Assembly: GCA_043228905.1 (NCBI GenBank) | Contig: JBHGNT010000466.1 | Coordinates: 1 to 23,793 of the forward strand | Direction of reading: 5' to 3' | DNA length: 23,793 bases | Source: Azolla caroliniana | Taxonomy: Eukaryota > Plantae > Polypodiophyta | Shown here: positions 1-10,191 of the stretch, piece after piece | Layout: each line of letters begins with the position of its first letter | How positions within the stretch are numbered: position 1 is the stretch's first letter | Notes under the pieces: generated by a model | What the model saw: only the letters and a program-made list of their open reading frames with translations | What the model was told of the DNA's origin: nothing | Database searches by the model: none | Translations under genes and position numbers: made by a program

Positions 1-1602
1 AGGTGGTTGAGAAGAGCTAGTAGCTAAATTAAAATGTTCATATGTGGCTCGTGTGATGTCGGATTTTTGTGTTCAAACATGCGAATCGAAGCTAACAGCG
101 CTAGCTATGATATAGAATTAAAAAATCAAGATTTTAAAACTCAGGTCGAGAGACATGAAGAAATTACCAAATTTGAGGAGGTGGTTGAGAAGAGCTAGTA
201 GCTAAATTAAAATGTTCATACGTGGCTCGTGTTTTATCGGATTTTTGTGTTCAAACAAGCAAATCGAAACTAACAACGCTAGCTATGATATGGAATTAAA
301 AAATCAAGATTTTGAAACTCAGGTCGAGAGACATGACGAAATTACCAAATTTGAGGAGGTGGTTGAGAAGAGCGCGTGAGTAAATTAAAATGTTCATATG
401 TGGCTCGTGTGATATCGGATTTTAGTGTTCAAACCTCCGAATCGAAGCTAAGAACGCTAGCTATGATATGCAATTAAGAAATCAAGATTTTGAAACTCAG
501 GTCGAGAGACATGACGAAATTACCAAATTTGAGGAGGTGGTTGAGAAGAGCTAGTACCTAAATTAAAATGTTGATACCTGGCTCGTGTGATATCGGATTT
601 TGTGTTCAAACATGCGAATCGAAGCTAACAACGCTAGCTATGATATGGAATTAAAAAATCAAGATTTTGAAACTCAGGTCGAGAGACATGACGAAATTAC
701 CAAATTTGAGGAGGTGGTTGAGAACAGCGCGTGAGTAAATTAATATGTTCATATGTGGCTCGTGTGATATCGGATTTTTGTGTTCAAACATGCGAATCGA
801 AGCTAACAACGCTAGCTATGATATAGAATTAAAAAATCAAGATTTTGAAACTCAGGTCGAGAGACATGAAGAAATTACCAAATTTGAGGAGGTGGTTGAG
901 AAGAGCTAGTAGCTAAATTAAAATGTTCATACGTGGCTCGTGTGTTATCGGATTTTTGTGTTCAAACAAGCAAATCGAAACTAACAACGCTAGCTATGAC
1001 ATGGAATTAAAAAATCAAGATTTTGAAACTCAGGTCGAGAGACATGACGAAATTACCAAATTTGAGGAGGTGGTTGAGAAGAGCGCGTGAGTAAATTAAA
1101 ATGTTCATATGTGGCTCGTGTGATATCGGATTTTAGTGTTCAAACCTCCGAATCGAAGCTAACAACGCTAGCTATGATATGCAATTAAGAAATCAAGATT
1201 TTGAAACTCAGGTCGAGATACATGACGAAATTACCAAATTTGATGAGGTGGTTGAGAAGAGCTAGTACCTAAATTAAAATGTTGATACCTGGCTCGTGTG
1301 ATATCGAATTTTTGTGTTCAAACATGCGAATCGAAGCTAGCAACGCTAGCTATGATATAGAATTAAAAAATCAAGATTTTGAAACTCAGGTCGAGAGACA
1401 TGAAGAAATTACCAAATTTGAGGAAGTGGTTGAGAAGAGCTAGTAGCTAAATTAAAATGTTCATACGTGGCTCGTGTGATATCGGATTTTTGTGTTCAAA
1501 CAAGCAAATCGAAACTAACAACGCTAGCTATGATATGGAATTAAAAAATCAAGATCTTGAAAACTCAGGTCGAGAGACACGACGAAATTACCAAATTTGG
1601 GG
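1..1602. repeat. Older 9-monomer higher-order unit (1602 bp), with paralogues at 4274-5875 and 13711-15312
   Basis: Same order of monomer types and shared private variants: GTTTTATCGG (2nd monomer), 1-bp T deletion (4th), TAATATG (5th), GAGATAC plus TTGATG (7th), +A insertion haplotype (9th). Several SNPs separate 1-1602 from 4274-5875. Confidence 0.85.
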
Positions 1603-4600
1603 AGGTGGTTGAGAAGAGCTAGTAGCTAAATTAAAATGTTCATATGTGGCTCATGTGATGTCGGATTTTTGTGTTCAAACATGCGAATCGAAGCTAACAG
1701 CGCTAGCTATGATATAGAATTAAAAAATCAAGATTTTGAAACTCAGGTCGAGAGACATGAAGAAATTACCAAATTTGAGGAGGTGGTTGAGAAGAGCTAG
1801 TAGCTAAATTAAAATGTTCATACGTGGCTCGTGTGATAACGGATTTTTGTGTTCAAACAAGCAAATCGAAACTAACAACGCTAGCTATGATATGGAATTA
1901 AAAAAACAAGATTTTGAAACTCAGGTCGAGAGACATGACGAAATTACCAAATTTGAGGAGGTGGTTGAGAACAGCGCGTGAGTAAATTAAAATGTTCATA
2001 CGTGGCTCGTGTGATATCGGATTTTAGTGTTCAAACCTTCGAATCGAAGCTAACAACGCTAGCTATGATATAGAATTAAAAAATCAAGATTTTGAAACTC
2101 AGGTCGAAATACATGAAGAAATTACCAAATTTGAGGAGGTGGTTGAGAAGAGCTAGTAGCTAAATTAAAATGTTTATACGTGGCTCGTGTGTTATCGGAT
2201 TTTTGTGTTCAAACAAGCAAATCGAAACTAACAACGCTAGCTATGATATGGAATTAAAAAATCAAGATTTTGAAACTCAGGTCGAGAGACATGACGAAAT
2301 TACCAAATTTAAGGAGGTGGTTGAGAAGAGCGCGTGAGTAAATTAAAATGTTCATATGTGGCTCGTGTGATATCGGATTTTAGTGTTCAAACCTCCGAAT
2401 CGAAGCTAACAACGCTAGCTATGATATGCAATTAAGAAATCAAGATTTTGAAACTCAGGTCGAGATACATGACGAAATTACCAAATTTGATGAGGTGGTT
2501 GAGAAGAGCTAGTACCTAAATTAAAATGTTGATACCTGGCTCGTGTGATATCGGATTTTTGTGTTCAAACATGCGAATCGAAGCTAACAACGCTAGCTAT
2601 GATATAGAATTAAAAAATCAAGATTTTGAAACTCAGGTCGAGAGACATGAGGAAATTACCAAAATTGAGGAGGTGGTTGAGAAGAGCTAGTAGCTAAATT
2701 AAAATGTCCATACGTGGCTCGTGTGATATCGGATTGTTTTGTTCAAACATGCGAATCGAAGCTAACAACGCTAGCTATTATATGGAATTAAAAAATCAAG
2801 ATTTTGAAACTCAGGTAGAGAGACATGACGAAATTACCAAATTTGAGGAGGGAGTTGAGAAGAGCGCGTGAGTAAATTAAAATGTTCATACGTGGCTCGT
2901 GTGATATCGGATTTTTGTGTTCAAACATGCAAATCGAAGCTAACAACGCTAGCTATGATATAGAATAAAAAAATCAAGATTTTGAAACTCAGGTCGAGAG
3001 ACATGAAGAAATTACCAAATTTGAGGAGGTGGTTGAGAAGAGCTAGTAGCTAAATTAAAATGTTCATACGTGGCTCGTGTGATAACGGATTTTTGTGTTC
3101 AAACAAGCAAATCGAAACTAACAACGCTAGCTATGATATGGAATTAAAAAAACAAGATTTTGAAATTCAGGTCGAGAGACATGACGAAATTACCAAATCT
3201 GAGGCGGTGGTTGAGAAGAGCGCGTGAGTAAATTAAAATGTTCATATGTGGCTCGTGTGATATCGGATTTTAGTGTTCAAACCTCCGAATCGAAGCTAAC
3301 AACGCTAGGTATGATATAGAATTAAAAAATCAAGATTTTAAAACTCAAGTCGAGAGACATGACGAAATTACCAAATTTGAGGAGGTGGTTGAGAAGAGCT
3401 AGTAGCCAAATTAAAATGTTCATACGTGGCTCGTGTGATATGGGATTTTTGTGTTCAAACAAGCAAATCGAAGCTAACAACGCTATCTATGATATAGAAT
3501 TAAAAAATCAAGATTTTGAAACTCAGGTCGAGAGACATGACGAAATTACCAAATTTGAGGAGTGAGTTGAGAAGAGCGCGTAGGTAAATTAAAATGTTCA
3601 TACCTGGCTCGTGTCGTATCGGATTTATGGGTTCAAAGATGCGAATCGAAGCTAACAACGATAGCTATGATATGGAATTAAAAAACCAAGATTTTGAAAC
3701 TCAGGTCGAGAGACATGACGAAATTACCAAATTTGAGGAGGGAGTTGAGGAGAGCGCGTGAGTAAATTAAAATGTTCATACGTGGCTCGTGTGATATCGG
3801 ATTTTTGTGTTCAAACATGCAAATCGAAGCTAACCACGCTAGCTATGATATAGAATAAAAAAATCAAGATTTTGAAACTCAGGTCGAGAGACATGAAGAA
3901 ATTACCAAATTTGAGGAGGTGGTTGAGAAGAGCTAGTAGCTAAATTAAAATGTTCATACGTGGCTCGTGTGATAACGGATTTTTGTGTTCAAACAAGCAA
4001 GTCGAAACTAACAACGCTAGCTATGATATGGAATTAAAAAAACAAGATTTTGAAACTCAGGTCGAGAGACATGACGAAATTACCAAATTTGAGGAGGTGG
4101 TTGAGAACAGCGCGTGAGTAAATTAATATGTTCATATGTGGCTCGTGTGATATCGGATTTTAGTGTTCAAACCTTCGAATCGAAGCTAACAACGCTAGCT
4201 ATGATATAGAATTAAAAAATCAAGATCTTGAAAACTCAGGTCGAGAGACACGACGAAATTACCAAATTTGGGGAGGTGGTTGAGAAGAGCTAGTAGCTAA
4301 ATTAAAATGTTCATATGTGGCTCGTGTGATGTCGGATTTTTGTGTTCAAACATGCGAATCGAAGCTAACAGCGCTAGCTATGATATAGAATTAAAAAATC
4401 AAGATTTTGAAACTCAGGTCGAGAGACATGAAGAAATTACCAAATTTGAGGAGGTGGTTGAGAAGAGCTAGTAGCTAAATTAAAATGTTCATACGTGGCT
4501 CGTGTTTTATCGGATTTTTGTGTTCAAACAAGCAAATCGAAACTAACAACGCTAGCTATGATATGGAATTAAAAAATCAAGATTTTGAAACTCAGGTCGA

Positions 4601-7600
4601 GAGACATGACGAAATTACCAAATTTGAGGAGGTGGTTGAGAAGAGCGCGTGAGTAAATTAAAATGTTCATATGTGGCTCGTGTGATATCGGATTTTAGTG
4701 TTCAAACCTCCGAATCGAAGCTAAGAACGCTAGCTATGATATGCAATTAAGAAATCAAGATTTTGAAACTCAGGTCGAGAGACATGACGAAATTACCAAA
4801 TTTGAGGAGGTGGTTGAGAAGAGCTAGTACCTAAATTAAAATGTTGATACCTGGCTCGTGTGATATCGGATTTTGTGTTCAAACATGCGAATCGAAGCTA
4901 ACAACGCTAGCTATGATATGGAATTAAAAAATCAAGATTTTGAAACTCAGGTCGAGAGACATGACGAAATTACCAAATTTGAGGAGGTGGTTGAGAAGAG
5001 CGCGTGAGTAAATTAATATGTTCATATGGGGCTCGTGTGATATCGGATTTTTGTGTTCAAACATGCGAATCGAAGCTAACAACGCTAGCTATGATATAGA
5101 ATAAAAAAATCAAGATTTTGAAACTCAGGTCGAGAGACATGAAGAAATTACCAAATTTGAGGAGGTGGTTGAGAAGAGCTAGTAGCTAAATTAAAATGTT
5201 CATACGTGGCTCGTGTGTTATCGGATTTTTGTGTTCAAACAAGCAAATCGAAACTAACAACGCTAGCTATGATATGGAATTAAAAAATCAAGATTTTGAA
5301 ACTCAGGTCGAGAGACATGACGAAATTACCAAATTTGAGGAGGTGGTTGAGAAGAGCGCGTGAGTAAATTAAAATGTTCATATGTGGCTCGTGTGATATC
5401 GGATTTTAGTGTTCAAACCTCCGAATCGAAGCTAACAACGCTAGCTATGATATGCAATTAAGAAATCAAGATTTTGAAACTCAGGTCGAGATACATGACG
5501 AAATTACCAAATTTGATGAGGTGGTTGAGAAGAGCTAGTACCTAAATTAAAATGTTGATACCTGGCTCGTGTGATATCGGATTTTTGTGTTCAAACATGC
5601 GAATCGAAGCTAACAACGCTAGCTATGATATAGAATTAAAAAATCAAGATTTTGAAACTCAGGTCGAGAGACATGACGAAATTACCAAATTTGAGGAGGT
5701 GGTTGAGAAGAGCTAGTAGCTAAATTAAAATGTTCATACGTGGCTCGTGTGATATCGGATTTTTGTGTTCAAACAAGCAAATCGAAACTAACAACGCTAG
5801 CTATGATATGGAATTAAAAAATCAAGATCTTGAAAACTCAGGTCGAGAGACACGACGAAATTACCAAATTTGGGGAGGTGGTTGAGAAGAGCTAGTAGCT
5901 AAATTAAAATGTTCATATGTGGCTCGTGTGATGTCGGATTTTTGTGTTCAAACATGCGAATCGAAGCTAACAGCGCTAGCTATGATATAGAATTAAAAAA
6001 TCAAGATTTTGAAACTCAGGTCGAGAGACATGAAGAAATTACCAAATTTGAGGAGGTGGTTGAGAAGAGCTAGTAGCTAAATTAAAATGTTCATACGTGG
6101 CTCGTGTGTTATCGGATTTTTGTGTTCAAACAAGCAAATCGAAACTAACAACACTAGCTATGATATGGAATTAAAAAATCAAGATTTTGAAACTCAGGTC
6201 GAGAGACATGACGAAATTACCAAATTTGAGGAGGTGGTTGAGAAGAGCGCGTGAGTAAATTAAAATGTTCATATGTGGCTCGTGTGATATCGGATTTTAG
6301 TGTTCAAACCTCCGAATCGAAGCTAAGAACGCTAGCTATGATATGCAATTAAGAAATCAAGATTTTGAAACTCAGGTCGAGAGACATGACGAAATTACCA
6401 AATTTGAGGAGGTGGTTGAGAAGAGCTAGTACCTAAATTAAAATGTTGATACCTGGCTCGTGTGATATCGGATTTTTGTGTTCAAACATGCGAATCGAAG
6501 CTAACAACGCTAGCTATGGTATAGAATTAAAAAATCAAGATTTTGAAACTCAGGTCGAGAGACATGAAGAAATTACCAAATTTGAGAAGGTGGTTGAGAA
6601 GAGCTAGTAGCTAAATTAAAATGTTCATACGTGGCTCGTGTGTTATCGGATTTTTGTGTTCAAACAAGCAAATCGAAACTAACAACGCTAGCTATGATAT
6701 GGAATTAAAAAATCAAGATCTTGAAAACTCAGGTCGAGAGACACGACGAAATTACCAAATTTGGGGAGGTGGTTGAGAAGAGCTAGTAGCTAAATTAAAA
6801 TGTTCATATGTGGCTCGTGTGATGTCGGATTTTTGTGTTCAAACATGCGAATCGAAGCTAACAGCGCTAGCTATGATATAGAATTAAAAAATCAAGATTT
6901 TGAAACTCAGGTCGAGAGACATGAAGAAATTACCAAATTTGAGGAGGTGGTTGAGAAGAGCTAGTAGCTAAATTAAAATGTTCATACGTGGCTCGTGTGT
7001 TATCGGATTTTTGTGTTCAAACAAGCAAATCGAAACTAACAACGCTAGCTATGATATGGAATTAAAAAATCAAGATTTTGAAACTCAGGTCGAGAGACAT
7101 GACGAAATTACCAAATTTGAGGAGGTGGTTGAGAAGAGCGCGTGAGTAAATTAAAATGTTCATATGTGGCTCGTGTGATATCGGATTTTAGTGTTCAAAC
7201 CTCCGAATCGAAGCTAAGAACGCTTGCTATGATATGCAATTAAGAAATCAAGATTTTGAAACTCAGGTCGAGATACATGACGAAATTACCAAATTTGAGG
7301 AGGTGGTTGAGAAGAGCTAGTAGCAAAGTTAAAATGTTCATACGTGGCTCGTGTGATATCGGATTTTTGTGTTCAAACATGCGAATCCAAGCTAACAACG
7401 CTAGCTATGATATAGAATTAAAAAATCAAGATTTTGAAACTCAGGTCGAGATTCATGACGAAATTACCAAATTTGAGGAGGTGGTTGAGAAGAGCGCGTG
7501 AGTGAATTAAAATGTTCATATGTGGCTCGTGTGATATCGGATTTTAGTGTTCAAACCTCCGAATCGAAGCTAAGAACGCTAGCTATGATATGCAATTAAG

Positions 7601-9216
7601 AAATCAAGATTTTGAAACTCAGGTCGAGAGACATGACGAAATTACCAAATTTGAGGAGGTGGTTGAGAAGAGCTAGTACCTAAATTAAAATGTTGATACC
7701 TGGCTCATGTGATATCGGATTTTTGTGTTCAAACATGCAAATCGAAACTAACAACGCTAGCTATGATATGGAATTAAAAAATCAAGATTTTGAAACTCAG
7801 GTAGAGAGACATGACGAAATTAGCAAATTTGAGGAGGGAGTTGAGAAGAGCGCGTGAGTAAATTAAAATGTTCATACGTGGCTCGTGTGATATCCGATTT
7901 TTGTGTTCAAACATGCGAATCGAAGCTAACAACGCTAGCTATGATATAGAATTAAAAAATCAAGATTTTGAAACTCAGGTCGAGAGACATGAGGAAATTA
8001 CCAAATTTGAGGAGGTGGTTGAGAAGAGCTAGTAGCTAAATTAAAATGTCCATACGTGGCTCGTGTGATATCGGATTTCTGTGTTCAAACATGCGAATCG
8101 AAGCTAACAACGCTAGCTATGATATGGAATTAAAAAATCAAGATTTTGAAACTCAGGTAGAGAGACATGACAAAATTACCAAATTTGAGGAGGGAGTTGA
8201 GAAGAGCGCGTGAGTAAATTAAAATGTTCATACGTGGCTCGTGTGATATCGGATTTTTGTGTTCAAACATGCAAATCGAAGCTAACAACGCTAGCTATGA
8301 TATAGAATAAAAAAATCAAGATTTTAAAACTCAGGTCGAGAGACATGAAGAAATTACCAAATTTGAGGAGGTGGTTGAGAAGAGCTAGTAGCTAAATTAA
8401 AATGTCCATACGTGGCTCGTGTGATATCTGATTTTTTTGTTCAAACATGCGAATCGAAACTAACAACGCTAGCTATGATATAGAATAAAAAAATCAAGAT
8501 TTTGAAACTCAGGTCGAGAGACATGAAGAAATTACCAAATTTGAGGAGGTGGTTGAGAAGAGCTAGTAGCTAAATTAAAATGTTCATACGTGGCTCGTGT
8601 GTTATCGGATTTTTGTGTTCAAACAAGCAAATCGAAACTAACAACGCTAGCTATGATATGGAATTAAAAAATCAAGATTTTGAAACTCAGGTCGAGATAC
8701 ATGACGAAATTACCAAATTTGATGAGGTGGTTGAGAAGAGCTAGTACCTAAATTAAAATGTTGATACCTGGCTCGTGTGATATCGGATTTTTGTGTTCAA
8801 ACATGCGAATCGAAGCTAACAACGCTAGCTATGATATAGAATTAAAAAATCAAGATTTTGAAACTCAGGTCGAGAGACATGAAGAAATTACCAAATTTGA
8901 GGAGGTGGTTGAGAAGAGCTAGTAGCTAAATTAAAATGTTCATACGTGGCTCGTGTGTTATCGGATTTTTGTGTTCAAACAAGCAAATCGAAACTAACAA
9001 CGCTAGCTATGATATGGAATTAAAAAATCAAGATCTTGAAAACTCAGGTCGAGAGACACGACGAAATTACCAAATTTGGGGAGGTGGTTGAGAAGAGCTA
9101 GTAGCTAAATTAAAATGTTCATATGTGGCTCGTGTGATGTCGGATTTTTGTGTTCAAACATGCGAATCGAAGCTAACAGCGCTAGCTATGATATAGAATT
9201 AAAAAATCAAGATTTT
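755..9216. repeat. Large higher-order block, copy 1 (8462 bp, about 47.5 monomers; period 9437 bp = 53 monomers)
   Basis: Private variants recur at +9437, for example TATGACATGG (monomer 890 vs 10327) and the divergent monomer at 3561 vs 12998; identical ORFs at 3359/12796 and 7256/16693. The match is bounded by 754T vs 10191C and 9217G vs 18654A. Confidence 0.93.
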
Positions 9217-10191
9217 GAAACTCAGGTCGAGAGACATGAAGAAATTACCAAATTTGAGGAGGTGGTTGAGAAGAGCTAGTAGCTAAATTAAAATGTTCAT
9301 ACGTGGCTCGTGTGTTATCGGATTTTTGTGTTCAAACAAGCAAATCGAAACTAACAACACTAGCTATGATATGGAATTAAAAAATCAAGATTTTGAAACT
9401 CAGGTCGAGAGACATGACGAAATTACCAAATTTGAGGAGGTGGTTGAGAAGAGCGCGTGAGTAAATTAAAATGTTCATATGTGGCTCGTGTGATATCGGA
9501 TTTTAGTGTTCAAACCTCCGAATCGAAGCTAAGAACGCTAGCTATGATATGCAATTAAGAAATCAAGATTTTGAAACTCAGGTCGAGAGACATGACGAAA
9601 TTACCAAATTTGAGGAGGTGGTTGAGAAGAGCTAGTACCTAAATTAAAATGTTGATACCTGGCTCGTGTGATATCAGATTTTGTGTTCAAACATGCGAAT
9701 CGAAGCTAACAACGCTAGCTATGATATGGAATTAAAAAATCAAGATTTTGAAACTCAGGTCGAGAGACATGACAAAATTACCAAATTTGAGGAGGTGGTT
9801 CAGAACAGCGCGTGAGTAAATTAATATGTTCATATGTGGCTCGTGTGATATCGGATTTTAGTGTTCAAACCTTCGAATCGAAGCTAACAACGCTAGCTAT
9901 GATATAGAATTAAAAAATCAAGATTTTGAAACTCAGGTCGAGAGACATGACGAAATTACCAAATTTGAGGAGGTGGTTGAGAAGAGCTAGTAGCCAAATT
10001 AAACTCTTCATACGTGGCTCGTGTGATATCGGATTTTTTTGTTCAAACATGCAAATTGAAACTAACAACGCTAGCTATGATATCGAATTAAAAAATCAAG
10101 ATTTTGAAACTCAGGTAGAGAGACATGACGAAATTAGCAAATTTGAGGAGGGAGTTGAGAAGAGCGCGTGAGTAAATTAAAATGTTCATAC

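Noticed and set aside
1-178. Identity with Arabidopsis thaliana CEN178 or primate alpha satellite; CENP-B box
   Set aside because: Only the length is similar. I see no sequence resemblance and no TTCG....A..CGGG motif. This is from memory, not a database search.
1-178. Monomer built from two 89-bp halves (AATTAAAA at 27 and 116; AGCTA at 15 and 103)
   Set aside because: Ungapped comparison of the halves gives only about 30% identity by hand, near chance for this composition, so the shared words are not enough.
173-196. G-rich run GAGGAGGTGGTTGAGAAGAG as a Shine-Dalgarno site or G-quadruplex
   Set aside because: GGAGGT has no start codon or ORF at a suitable distance, and three GG pairs are too few for a canonical G-quadruplex.
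3359-3565. 68-aa ORF (identical copy at 12796-13002)
   Set aside because: It is satellite sequence in which the usual GCTAAA stop is changed to GCCAAA. The peptide only re-reads the monomer in a shifted frame because 178 is not a multiple of 3. No recognisable domain or gene context.
7256-7501. 81-aa ORFs (also 9926-10171, 16693-16938 and 19542-19787)
   Set aside because: Same cause: stop loss (AGCAAAG or AGCCAAA) with a TTG start. Their identity reflects the DNA duplications, not protein conservation.
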